64,000 bases of DNA from Negaprion brevirostris (taxonomy: Eukaryota): NCBI GenBank assembly GCA_030324005.1, contig JARDVH010000001.1:138472084-138536083 (forward strand). The letters are read 5' to 3'. The position numbers and the translations under genes were made by a program. Below, in pieces: positions 51,676-63,548 of the stretch. Below the pieces are notes generated by a model. That model saw only the letters and a program-made list of their open reading frames with translations. It searched no databases and was not told the DNA's origin. Numbering within the stretch: the stretch's first letter is position 1; every line of letters begins with the position of its first letter.

Positions 51676-53000
51676 CAAACAAAAACAGAAAATGCTGGAA
51701 AATGCGGGTTCAGCAGCGCCTGTGGAGAGAGGAAAGAGCTAAAGAGAACTGGGAATAGGGTGGGATTTGGGTGAAGGAGGAAGGGCTAGATAGAGGGCCA
51801 ACGTTAGATGGAGGCTAGGGAGAGTTTGACAAAGATTTCATGGACAAAAGGACAAAGGGAATGTAATGGTGGTGATTATGGCTAAGGAAGGTACTGATAG
51901 TGGCGCATTAATGGCAGAACAAAGGTAAGCAATGTGTTAAAGGACAACCTGGAACAGGAAACAGATGCCCCTGGTGGAGTGGGACGGGGCTAGGGGAAAC
52001 AGTGGTAAGGGAAAAAAATGATGGAAAGCTGGATAAAAAAAGGGGATGGACAAATTAATCAACAGAAGACAAAAAAAGGAATTGATGTAAATTAATATAA
52101 AAAAACATAAAAAATGGGGTGAAGGTGGAGGTGAGAGTTCACAGTGTGAAATTGCTGAATTCAGTGTAAAATCCAGAAGGCTGTAACGTGCCTAATTGGA
52201 AGATGAGTTGCTGTTCCTCAGTTTGCATCGGGCTTCACTGGTACATTGCAAGTAGATTAAGTATATACTTGTGAACGTGCAAGCAGAATGATGTGTTGAA
52301 ATGTCAAGCAACAGGAAGGTATGGTTCTGCATGCGGATGGACCAAAGTGTTCTGCAAAGCAGTCATCCTGTCTGCGTTTAGTCTCACCAATGTAGAATAA
52401 ATGAGATTGGCAACAGTGAATGCAAGAGACCAAATTGAAGGAGGTGCACCTGAAGTGCTGCTTCACCTGAAAAGAATGTTTAGACATTTGGATAGTGCGC
52501 AGAGAGGAGGTAAAGGGATAGGTATTGCACTTTCTGCAATCGCGTGGAAGGTGCCATGAAAAGGGGATGAGCTGATGGAGCAGTGGACCAGGATATCCTG
52601 GAGGGAATGGTTGCTGTGGCATGCTGACAAGGGAAGTGAGGGGAAAGTGTGTTTGGTGGTGGTACCATGCTGCAGTTGGTGGAAAAGGAGGAGGGTTTTC
52701 TTTTAATGTGGAGGCTGGTGGGGTGAAAAGTGAGGACAAGGGGGACCGTATCCTGGTTCTGGGAGGGAGGGAGGGGAAGGGTGAGAGCAAAGGTGCAGGA
52801 GATGGATCAGGCACTGTTGAGAACTCTGTCAACCATACTGATTGGGAAACAATGCTTAAAGAAGGAAGAAGACTTGTCACAGCACCATTTTGGAATCTGG
52901 TACCATCAGAACAAATGTGACAGAGGCAAAGGAATTGAGAGAATGGGATGGAGTCCATATATGATGTAGGGTGTGAAAAGCTGTAGTTGCAGTAACTGTC
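51676..53000 (-). pseudogene. Penelope-like retroelement: decayed C-terminal ORF with GIY-YIG endonuclease, purine-skewed UTR and terminal repeat
   Basis: ORF 52257-52958 reads DSIPFSQFLCL.HICSD...CRKCNTYPFTSS...FQVKQHFRCTSFNLVSCIHCCQSHLFYIGETKRRQDDCFAEH; terminal repeat acaaaaacagaaaatgctggaaaa at about 51678. Confidence 0.92.
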
Positions 53001-54302
53001 AGTAAATTCACTGGTTTCCCCCTATCCAGCTTAATAGCTACATCCTCAAAAAGCTCTTTCCACTGTCTTTATCTCAAGTCGTAAGAATTGAAAACTGTGG
53101 TCAGAAGGTGGACATGCTGTACCATTCTGTTATTAATACTAAAAATAAAATTGGTTAAAAAGACAATTGTTTGTGCGTTGAGTAGAATTCCCTTGGAGTT
53201 GAATGAGGAATGTGAGGGACTGTTGGATCAAAGAGTGCAGTAAGAATCCAAAATAATCCAGGAAACAGCCAGGTGATGAGCTTGGTTCTCATTTTCATGA
53301 CTAAGTATATTTTTCTCATTGGGGAATGGGAGTGTAATTTCACAGATTCATCTGGGCACATGCAAGAAAGAAGGGAAATTGGTGTGGGAGGAAAGGTTGT
53401 CCATTCCACACTTTGCTGAATTAAGTTAGAACTTCTAACCAAAGACACTGCTGGGTGCAGTGCTATAGCGCGTAAGGGAATTTTACAGAAATTGAATAAA
53501 CTCTTGAATTTGGTAATATTAGCTTTTATACTTTGCTAGTTCACAGTTATTCCTGTAAGGATGAAGGCTATCAAATGGTTACCTTAATCATTACTAGATA
53601 ACAACTGGAGCAGCAGGAGTGAAAGCACTGTGGTTTCAACATTTATGGATATTGCAAAAATATGCTTGCTTAAGATGGTCAAACAAAAAGAGTATTCAAA
53701 AATATGGTTTGGCAGCCAGCTGGTGCCATTAAAGTGAGTCAATTTACAGAGCAATTAAAATTTATACAGTAAATTGGTCATAATGAACCTATTAAGGGCA
53801 TTATATTCATGGAATATTTTTGAACATTTTTGTCTATAAATGTGATGTGATGAAATGGTGCAGGCTAAAACATGCCAATGTTCATTCAATCATACCAATA
53901 TGACAAAAATATCCTGATGCTTCTCACTTCAAAATAAGAAGGTCACTAAAGATTATTTCTGGAATACAATATTATTTTAAAAATCAAGGCAGAGTGGTAA
54001 TGTTAATTTTCATATGCAATGTTCTAAAGATTAAACAAACCAATATATTGATCATCTTTGTCCTTATATTTTCTAAAAATTGTATGTTCTAATTTTGTAC
54101 ATTTTAGCAATGGACCATCATTGTGAAGCTTGAATTTACAAACTCAGCTGCTCCCTGCCCCTCACTTCTCCATTCAGGCCTTTTGTGCTTCCATCGTCCT
54201 TTGCTTTCTTCCTACCACTGAACACCACCATGAGTTTTCTTTCTTCATATTCCTTGTACAGCTTTTGCATCTTGCATAGATGTTTCTTTCTCACTCAGCA
54301 AA

Positions 54303-54760
54303 TTTGAATTGATTTATTATTATTGCATGTTTGGGGTACAGTGAAAAGTTTTGTTTCTTGTGAGCTATACAGGCAAAACATACCGTTCATAGAGTACGTA
54401 GGGAAGAAGGAAAGGAGAGAGTGCAGAATATAGTGTTGAAGTTACTGATAGGGTGAGGAGAAAGATCAGCTTAATATATGATAGGACCATTCAAGTTTCT
54501 GATGGCAGCAGAGAAGAAGCTGTTCTTGAGTCAGTTGATACATGTTTTCAGATTTTTGCATCTTTTTTCCGATGGAAGAAAATGGAAAAGAGTATGTCCG
54601 GGGTGCGTGAAATCCTTGACTATGCTGGCTGCTTTTCTGAAGCAGCGGGAAGTGGAGGAGTCAATGGATGGGAGGTTGGTTTGTGTGATGGACTTGAATG
54701 TGTTCACAACTGTTTGTAGTTTCTTGCGGTCTTGATCAGAACGGGAGCCATACCAAGCGG
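54303..54760 (-). mobile_element. Rex1/Babar LINE 3' end
   Basis: Peptide AWYGSRSDQDRKKLQTVVN...LPSIDS..SRCFRKAASIVKDFTHPGHTLFHFLPS; UTR matches 25905-26360. Confidence 0.88.
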
Positions 54761-55221
54761 GGGCAATATCAATCCCAGTACTATTAAAGAAGAGTATAGT
54801 TGCAGTCACAGTTTGACAGCTCCTTCTTATGATTTTCTTCCTAGTAGGACTTCAGTCAGTGCCCTTCACCACGTTGTTCTACCAAGTGTAACAGTCAGGC
54901 CATCTGTCTTGCACACAACTAGCTCATCAATATAGACATAGGTACATTAACTCAGCCGTTATTGCCATTGTTATAGGTATTTAGAGCTACTCTTGCAGCT
55001 GCTTCACAATTTGTTTTACTATTTTGTTCACTTTTATTTCCAGCTTCCTGGAGATTCTGGTTCATGAACAACTTGAATAATAATTTTTAAGAACTTTTAA
55101 TTTAGAAAAACTCCACAGGGCATTTAACAGTCCATTACAAAACAAAATTTGACACTAAGCCATATGAGAAACTAGGACAAATGAGTAATGGTTTGGTCAA
55201 AAAGATAAGTGTGAAGAAAAA

Positions 55222-55387
55222 CAACAGCAAAATAGTATCACTGGAAATCTGAAATAAAAACTGAAAATGGTGAAAATACTCAACAGGTGAGGCAGCATTT
55301 TTGGAGGGAAATAAAGGATGATGATGATGATCCTTCATCAGATCTGAGGAAGGTTCTGATGAAGAATCATCATCAACCTGATGCATT
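55222..55387. mobile_element. Penelope-like family 1 fold-back
   Basis: ctggaaatctgaaataaaaactgaaaatg...gatgatccttcatcaga-tctgaggaaggt-tctgatgaagaatcatc. Confidence 0.65.
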
Positions 55388-55521
55388 CACCAGAACTCTA
55401 CAGTCTTGCCCACCATGGAATCGGAGCGAGTGAGGGGCGGACAGTGGAAATGTCTGTTGACTTTGGGTGGGAACTTCCAGTCTCGCTTGAGTGAGGCTGT
55501 AAAATCCCACCCATAAAGTCT

Positions 55522-56228
55522 GTGCAGAATTATTCCATGCCTCTTCTGGAGAGTTCACTGGCAGTTGGNNNNNNNNNNNNNNNNNNNNNNNNNNNNNNNN
55601 NNNNNNNNNNNNNNNNNNNNNNNNNNNNNNNNNNNNNNNNNNNNCCTGCCTTGGTGGATCAGGAAATCCACCTGCGGCACGTGTGAAACTGATTTGCATC
55701 TCACTAATGGGATGCAGATGAAGGTCAGACTGGAAACTTCCCCTACGCCTGATTTTTCGTGTCGCCAGGAGGAACACACCCCGATCCAGAATGCATCCAG
55801 ACCAATATGGCAAGCAGAAGTCTGAACTTAACTGATGAATGCCTGAGGCTGCCTCCTACATTCAGGATGAAAGTTGTCAGTGACTTGGAACACCACAGCA
55901 GTGGGTAAGGGAGAGTATCAATCAGGTAGATGTTTCAGCGTCAGTGTCTTCAAAAAAGTCTGTTTTCCAGCCTCAAGCGTGCTCCTGAAGATCCATCTTC
56001 TTTCTTGAGGAGATCCATTTTCAATGGTGGGTCAGTGATGTTGGGCGCCTTTTAAATACGCACCCAGATATGAGGACGGAACATGCGATATCAAACCTGG
56101 ACTGCCACGGAAAAGAGGCGCTAAACTCCCAGATGCATAATTAATTACACTGGAGATGGAAGATATGGCATGTTTTTCTGTCGCCACCCCACCTCATGAC
56201 TTAGTCCCTGATGGGAAAATTTTGCTCC
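55522..56228. mobile_element. Short-TIR non-autonomous element, preceded by a ~125-bp MITE at 55388-55512
   Basis: gtgcagaattattcc ... gggaaaattttgctcc; the small neighbour ends ctgtaaaatcccaccc. Confidence 0.5.
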
Positions 56229-57012
56229 TATTTTTCTCTGTAGGTTTTAAAGAATTTTTTAAAATGAGAATAAGGTAATGAGTTAGCGAGGTTTAGGGAA
56301 TGAATTCCAAAGCTTATAGTCTAGACAGATGAAGGCACAGCTGCTAATAATGTAGTGATTTCATTCAGAGGTGCACAAGAGACTAGAATTAGAAAAGGAA
56401 CACCAATATCTTGGAGAGTTGAAGGGCTGGAGGATGTTACAGATTTAGGGAGTAGCAAAACTATAAAGATATTTAAAAATAAGGTTGAGAATCTTAAAAT
56501 TAAAGTTTTGCCAGACCAGGAGCCCCTTTAAGTTATTGAGCACAGAGCTGATGAGTGAACGTGTATCCTTGTAAGTTAGGATGAGGGAAGCAGAATTTTG
56601 GATGACTTCCATTTACAGAGGATGAAAGATGGGTGGCCAGCATTAACAAGAGCCGAAGAGACTCAAGCTAGTATATGGTTCCACATTTTCCAGCCTTTCA
56701 TTACTTCTCCATTCTTCATCTATGATGCAAGCCATATTTAATTGGGAGCAGGAAGTTCTCCCAACATCGTGGCCATTATTCACCATTCCGCTAACCAATT
56801 CTAGAAAACAGTTAGTGCTTCCTGTCTGCTCATATGCTTCTACAAGGCCTTTGCAATCTCCTGGTTTTTCCGTCCCATTCCTTACCTCACCCTGTACTGA
56901 TGGGACCCCATTAATGCTGCATGAGGGAATTTAGGGTTCTTGCCTCCAGTGTATAACTGAAAGGCTTCTTTGATCATATTATACTTAATAAGGCCCTTTC
57001 ATCTATGCTACA

Positions 57013-57025
57013 GTTGCTTGGCAAC
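57013..57025 (-). promoter_or_regulatory. RFX X-box consensus match in non-repetitive DNA
   Basis: GTTGCTTGGCAAC, reverse complement GTTGCCAAGCAAC, fits GTNRCC(N0-3)RGYAAC; motif match only. Confidence 0.3.
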
Positions 57026-57348
57026 CCCTTGTCGTAATAGCTTTCTCTTACATTTAATGCAAAATTAGGAGGAACAGCTCTGAGTCATAGCAGACAAAAT
57101 GGAAACAGCAGAGGCAAAAAAGATGGATAAAACAATTTGAGGGGAAGAACCAGATGCTGAGATGGAATGGGAGCATTTTACTGACTTTTCCTATTCTGAT
57201 TTTAGTCACAAAATATTGAATGCTATTGGTTGCCGATCATGCACTTTCATCCAATCAATCTTGGTTGGTTTTGAATGCTGAGCTCCCAGATGTCTCAAAG
57301 GAGTGCTATTCATCTCTCTGCGAATCAGTTTGCTTTCTTTTCCAAAGA

Positions 57349-57495
57349 GTGGCGATGGCTTAGTGGCATTATTGCTAGACTGTTAATCCAGAAACTCAGC
57401 TAATATTCTGAGGACCAGGTTCGAATAATGGAGCAAATTCTGCTTACATAACTCAATTTTATTTCTGCTCTTGAGAAATTGGAATTAAATAATAA
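57349..57495 (+). mobile_element. 5' fragment of a third tRNA-headed shark SINE
   Basis: gtggcgatggcttagtggcattattgctagactgttaatccaga...ggaccaggttcgaat. Confidence 0.55.
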
Positions 57496-59172
57496 ACCTC
57501 TCTCCCTGTACTTTTTGTGAACTTGCTTAATTGTGTTTGGCATTCCTTTGCTTCTAACCAGAGAAACTGGCCTCTTCGATTTTATGTTCATCACCAGGGT
57601 ACAGGTCTACTTCTCCAATCCTGTTGCTTTAAAACCTTCCTTTTCTTTCAAGTGTCTATCTGGCNNNNNNNNNNNNNNNNNNNNNNNNNNNNNNNNNNNN
57701 NNNNNNNNNNNNNNNNNNNNNNNNNNNNNNNNNNNNNNNNNNNNNNNNNNNNNNNNNNNNNNNNNNNNNNNNNNNNNNNNNNNNNNNNNNNNNNNNNNNN
57801 NNNNNNNNNNNNNNNNNNNNNNNCTTCAGAACACTTGAATTCAATGTGACAGGTCATTTATCACTCCAGTAAATGGTCTGAGCATCTTGCAAAGAGAATG
57901 TGCCTGTACTTCCAATAGATCATTAGAAACCCCTCCAGACCTCAGAAAACAAGAATTTGGGCTGGAAGTATTTTAAAATGAATGGGGACCATCTAACCTA
58001 ATAGGGCTGGAATGAGACAGTTGCATGAGATATTACCTTCCAAAATCTGACCTGTCTGGTTTGAATATATATTTTCACTGGCTGCCCCTGTGGCTTTTTA
58101 AAAGAAGAACTTAATAAATTCGATTTATTTTAAAGCAACAAAATCTGGACATAGCTCAATCCCAAAATTTGATTGCAGAAAGAAAACTTGAAAAGTGGCA
58201 ATTCTTTCTTAAGAGTGTGACCAGCATCAATTTCACATTGACTTATCACTTATTACTGTTTGGATTCATGTGGCAATTTTAGTGTTCCACTTGTGCATGT
58301 GTATTATTTGGGGATTACCTCTTGTAGTCCTATTTTATGCAAGCTATTTCCCGATAGAGACCTTAGTCCAATTCTTCACGTATGTGCGCCATTCAAGCTC
58401 TGTAAACTGTGTGCATTAATGCTGAGTAGCCATAAGGAGCATTTATATACTTAATAACCACTACTGTCCAGATTTAACTGTACTGCGCCTTTAGCAGATT
58501 GTTCCTGAAAGCAAGTGCCAAGGCTCCTCTGAAGAGGCTTTCTCCACCTGAATTTAATGCAGCACAGAGAGGAGTTAGAATAAAGAAAATAATTCGGAGT
58601 TAGAATGAAAAAAAAATAAATCTTTAAATAAGATACATGCTCTGCACACCACAATTCCACTTCATATATCCTTTTGGCCCAGCACAGATATTTCTCCAAA
58701 AAATGACTAAAAATTACCAAAAAAATTCCAAGTGCTGAACAAGCATGAAAAACGGGAGAGAATTGCACCCATTTAGTGGGCAAGCCCCCAGAGGCAATTG
58801 TACAGCACTTAGAAAAACAAATGGGGCAAAGTGTGATTCTCGCAAGTAGACGGAGTGGATGGATGGAGCCTATCCAACCCAGGAAGTTGGCTGAAGACTG
58901 CCAGGGGTGCTATTGCATATGCTCACTGATCTCCCAGTGTACAAGTGTACATAAGGTATCTGGGGGCCTTGCCAAGGCTTTGCCCAGCCATGTCCTTGAT
59001 CACCCAGGGGCTTTAATGGCCTCCGAGCCCTTGGGTTGGTCATCGCGCCTGGTCTCTGTTCCCGAAGACCAGTAGTGATTCTCGCCAGCTTCACATCACG
59101 AGTGGGAGAATTTAAAGAGAAGCCAATTGTGAATATTCAAATCAATATTTATGTGTACATACGTTTTTAACG

Positions 59173-60034
59173 TTCACAAACGTTTTTAAAAACTTGGGGA
59201 CTAAAAGGTTCTGCCATTGCTCAGCTGTCCCTATTAGAGTTTTTCACTAGCCTCATAACAATGGAGCAGTTGAATTTAGCAATTCAATAGTTAAAACAGA
59301 ACAATTTCTGTTTGCAGTCACCATTCAACCTGTGCTTGAACCAACTTGATTGCTTCACATCCCTGTTGGGAACGAACCAGATTACGTCGCTAGCTAGGGA
59401 TGGGGAGAATCTCAAAATGGGATCTCCCCTTCGCAAATCTTGTTATGACCCCTCTTGCAAGAGTCACCCAAAATGGGATTTGAGCTGGGCATGGGAGAAG
59501 AGATCAAAGCAAACTGGCAAAGTGGAACTTTATACAATGCAGAGCTAAGGAACCACATGCAGCATCATCTGTCTGCAATGTCATGATGACATTTTCATGT
59601 GCATGTTCAGTTTGTGATTGCCCCAGATTATTGGAGAATGAAAGGTACCATACCAGGTAACTGATCCCAGGCATGCCACTGGATGCTATTTCCATTTGCA
59701 ACATTGGATCATTTATTATGTCCTGATTATAGAAACAGATTGTGAACATGTGACATGTCAGCTTTGAAAAAGCTGGTTTCTGTCACAATTTTTCAGAATC
59801 ACTTAGGAAATCCTTTTGGCTTGTGTATTGAAATGTGTTAATCACCACTCTCTGCTTATCAAGTTGGTTCAAGCACAGGTTGAATGGTAGATGAAACAGA
59901 AATTATTCTGTTTTAACTATTGAATTGCTAAATTCAACTGCTCCATTGTTATGAGGCCAGTGAAAAACTCTAATAGGGACAGCTGAGCAATGGCGGAACG
60001 TTTTAGTCCCCAAGTTTTTAAAAACGTTTGTGAA
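59173..60034. mobile_element. ~860-bp element with ~178-bp terminal inverted repeats
   Basis: 59173-59350 (ttcacaaacgtttttaaaaacttggggactaaaa...tgcttgaaccaacttgat) is nearly the reverse complement of 59858-60034. Confidence 0.9.
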
Positions 60035-60111
60035 TTCTTCTTAACCATAGATCTGATTCTCAACATTTTCCTCAATGGTATCAGGTCAGAGAATCATATA
60101 AACAAGCTTGT

Positions 60112-60571
60112 ACAAAGAACAATACAGCACAGGAAACAGGCCCTTCGGCCCTCCAAGCCTGCACTGCTCTTTGGTCCAACTANNNNNNNNNNNNNNNNNN
60201 NNNNNNNNNNNNNNNNNNNNNNNNNNNNNNNNNNNNNNNNNNNNNNNNNNNNNNNNNNNNNNNNNNNNNNNNNNNNNNNNNNNNNNNNNNNNNNNNNNNN
60301 NNNNNNNNNNNNNCTCTGATATCGGAGTTATACCTCGCCCCTCTCGCCTTGAGCCCGTGACCCCTCGTGATCGTCGCCTCCGACCTGGGAGAAAGCTTCC
60401 CACTGTTCACCCTATCTATACCCTTCATAATTTTATACACCTCTATTAGATCTCCCCTCATTCTCCGTCTTTCCAGGGAGAACAACCCCAGTTTACCCAA
60501 TTTCTCCTCACAGCTAAGACCCTCCATACCAGGCAACATCCTGGTAAACCTTCTCTGTACTCTCTCCAAAG
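60112..60571 (-). mobile_element. Young 5'-truncated CR1 LINE
   Basis: Open peptide ERVQRRFTRMLPGMEGLSCEEKLGKLGLFSLERRRMRGDLIEVYKIMKGIDRV...TRGHGLK; tail acaaagaacaatacagcacaggaaacaggcc. Confidence 0.93.
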
Positions 60572-60896
60572 TTTGTCAGTTTTAATGTTCCCTAAAAAAC
60601 CTAACGCTTCCTCCCTTGGAATAGAGATTTTCTCTAACGGGTCAACACTTCCCTTTGAGACACTCCCAGTCAACACGTCCCTGTTGACAGTCAATTTGTC
60701 CAAAAATGCTAGCTGGAAATGTATATGTGCACATGGATGAAAACAGCATTTGACACAACTATTTGTTGTGTTGATGTTGTTGCAATAATTCAGTTGCTGT
60801 AAATGTATTTTTGCTTCCTGAAGGCAGTGATGCTTCTCAGTATGATTCAGATAGCAGCAGCACACACTGTAATGAATCTAGTACTCACCTTAGAGT

Positions 60897-61017
60897 GTCT
60901 TCTGTCTTTTATCTGTCCTCCTTCCTAGAATTGCTTGCATCATGAACAATCTTTCTCCATTTATTTCTATTCTCCACTGTCCTCACTGTTGAGGCCAATC
61001 CGCTCACCCTAGTCATC
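60897..61017 (-). mobile_element. RTE-clade LINE extreme 3' fragment
   Basis: Minus strand reads GLASTVRTVENRNKWRKIVHDASNSRKEDR* followed by an aagac-like tail. Confidence 0.5.
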
Positions 61018-61242
61018 ATACTTTATGTTTGCACCTAATTAATAAATGTCAGTAGACTATTCATATGTGGGGTTCTCACTGTTAAGTCAAATGCTGTTTT
61101 CAGCAATGTGCTCACATATCTTTCCAGCTGGACTTTCTGGACACGTTTATGCATGATCATGAAATGTTAATTTGCTAAGGAAATAATAGGGTACAAGCTT
61201 GCATATATGATTCTCTGATCCATCACCATTGGGGAAACTGTT

Positions 61243-61331
61243 GAGAAACTTGGGGATTAAAATTCCTCAAGATTCTGCCATTGTTCAGCTGTCCTATAGG
61301 AGGTTTTCACTGGCCTCATAACAAGGAAGCA
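61243..61331 (+). repeat. Diverged third copy of the 59173 TIR, cut off at a SINE
   Basis: aaacttggggattaaaa...ttctgccattgttcagctgtcctataggaggttttcactggcctcataacaa. Confidence 0.8.
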
Positions 61332-61341
61332 TCGCCGTATG

Positions 61342-61781
61342 GGTGGCTGGAGGACACAGTGGTCAGCACATCTGCCTCGCAGCACCAGGGAACCAGGTTT
61401 AGTTCCAGCCTTGAGTGACTGTGCAGAGTTTGCACATTGTCCTCATGTCTATGTGGGTTTCCTCCCACACTCCAAAGATGTGTGGGTTAGATGGATTGGC
61501 CATGCTAAATTGCCCCTTAGTNNNNNNNNNNNNNNNNNNNNNNNNNNNNNNNNNNNNNNNNNNNNNNNNNNNNNNNNNNNNNNNNNNNNNNNNNNNNNNN
61601 NNNNNNNNNNNNNNNNNNNNNGTGGGTTAGATGGATTGGCCATGCTAAATTGCCCCTTAGTGTTGGGGGGGTTAGCAGGGTAAATATGTGGAGTTACAGG
61701 GTTAGGGCCTGCGTGGAATTGTTGTTGGTGCAAGCTTGATGGGCTGAATGGGCTCCTTCTGCACTGTAGGGACTCTATGAT
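61342..61781 (+). mobile_element. HE1-like SINE, tail type B, spanning a 100-N gap
   Basis: acagtggtcagcaca...gtgggttagatggattggccatgctaaattgccccttagt (repeated either side of the gap)...ctgcactgtagggactctatga. Confidence 0.88.
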
Positions 61782-62908
61782 TTAAAGAAGTCATGTGTAG
61801 TCTGGAGGGCATGCAGGGAAGAGCAGGCAGACATAGGGACACCTTGCACTGGATGTTTCTGCTCTGCTGGCTCAGTCAACATAGAATAGTACAGCACAGG
61901 AATATGCTTTTCAGCCCACGATGTTATACCGAACATGACACCAAATTAAACTGCCAGTCAAGGTCGGGAGAATCTGTACAGTGTGTTCTTCAGCAGCAAA
62001 GACTGTGCGGACACCAGTGATGCATCCACAATGGCATTTGTTCTTGTTTGTTCCACACAAAAGATGTTGCCTCATGTTTACAAATTCTGACTGGTGTAGA
62101 GCTGGAGAGCGCCAGCAAGAGCAATTAACCACGTTCATCTCCCAAGGAAATTTGAGGTTTTAGTAGTGAGATTGATTTGAATGGGATGCATTTTAAAACT
62201 AAGATGAGAGAGTCATGTTCCAAAGGAGTGTGGTTTGATGGAACTGCTGCTTTCCCACACACAGGCTCCTGACTCACTGGAGCAAAGTGCTGAATGCAAG
62301 CCAACTGAACAGGGAAGGAAGGGATAGAGCAGTGTGTCTCCTAGTGGTTAAACTCATGAGTAGTGTAGCAGATGCCTAAGGAAATGGGTTNNNNNGAAAT
62401 GGGTTGACTGCCCGTGAATATTTCAGTTAGTCAACGATATATGTCTGGAGAAATTTAAATGATGTTAGTGTATAATATCAAATAATTAATGTAAATGTAA
62501 GAGTATATTCAACACAACTAGGGACCTGGAACTTAAATATGAAAAACAACCTTCAGTCCTTATCATGTGGAATATACTGAATGTATGGTAATACTTCTCC
62601 CATGAATGTCTCTGATCTCCTGCACTCTAGATCATGTGATATTCGTGCTTTGATTCTTGACGCCCTCCAGACTATGAAGAAAATTTCAGCTGGTGTGGTT
62701 AACATATTAACATATAATTATTAACTTAACATTCAGCAGCTCAGAACAGGATTCTAAAGTGGCTTTAAACTGCCTATGAGTGAACTTAGCTGTTCATAAT
62801 GATGAACCTAGGATTAGAATCAAGTGAAATGAATGCAGGAAACTTTTATGAGCAGTGGAAATTGGATGGATGGGGAGAGAGAGATAAGTCTGAGTATTGT
62901 TTCTATGA

Positions 62909-63095
62909 GCGAGATTTTCCTCTCCCTTTGCAGTGTTTGTGACAGCGGGAGCTGACAGCAAGATCTTATGGTCCGCCCATTGTCAATGGAGTTTCCTATT
63001 GAATGCACCCCTCAATGTCAGGAAATCCGGAGTGAGGGTGCACCGTCGGCAGGACCATAAGATACCGCCAGCGTAAACGGCAGCAAGACTTTGGT
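62909..63095. mobile_element. MITE-like element related to 36590-36777
   Basis: gagcgagattttcctctccc...gatcttatggtcc...ggaccataagat. Confidence 0.6.
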
Positions 63096-63394
63096 GTTTG
63101 TCTGTCTTATGTGCATGGCTATTAAGTAAATGTGTATGTAAGAAATCATCAACAACAATTGCTTTGATATTGAACATTTGAAAACTAGGTATATTTGAAA
63201 CACATTGAATTTCATGTGTATACTAAATTTAAAACGTCATCGAAATGATTTGTTGCACAATATCTGTTTGGGTACTAAAATGGCAAGAGAACAAAGTAAT
63301 ATATTACTGTGTTACTATTCAGAGTAAACCGGAAAGTCAGCAATTCTATTTTACTTAGTCTCTCGTGCTATTTGCCTTGCCCCTTTTCATGCCT

Positions 63395-63548
63395 TTTAAT
63401 TGCTCTCATCTCCTCTCCTCTGCTCACCTTCTCTCCTCACACTTCAGCTTCTCCCCCCCTACTTCACTTCTCCCCACCACATCCCCCACAGCCCTCACCT
63501 TCTCTCCCCTCAACCATCCCTGTGTCATTAACCTGTTTTCCCCTTACA
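63395..63548 (+). repeat. Pyrimidine-rich low-complexity tract
   Basis: C/T-dominated run ctctcatctcctctcctctgctcaccttctctcc... Confidence 0.7.

Larger units (their letters stand above)
55120..56645 (-). mobile_element. L2 LINE 3' end split by a cluster of insertions at ~55215-56228
   Basis: Tail aaaatttgacactaagccata...tttggtcaaaaaga; body ggtttagggaatgaattccaaagc...gagaatcttaaaatt...gcagaattttggatgac; antisense to the L2 at 39055. Confidence 0.7.

Noticed and set aside
55043-55082. Possible terminal exon after ttttatttccag (FLEILVHEQLE*)
   Set aside because: Very short, unrecognised peptide with no supporting upstream exons.
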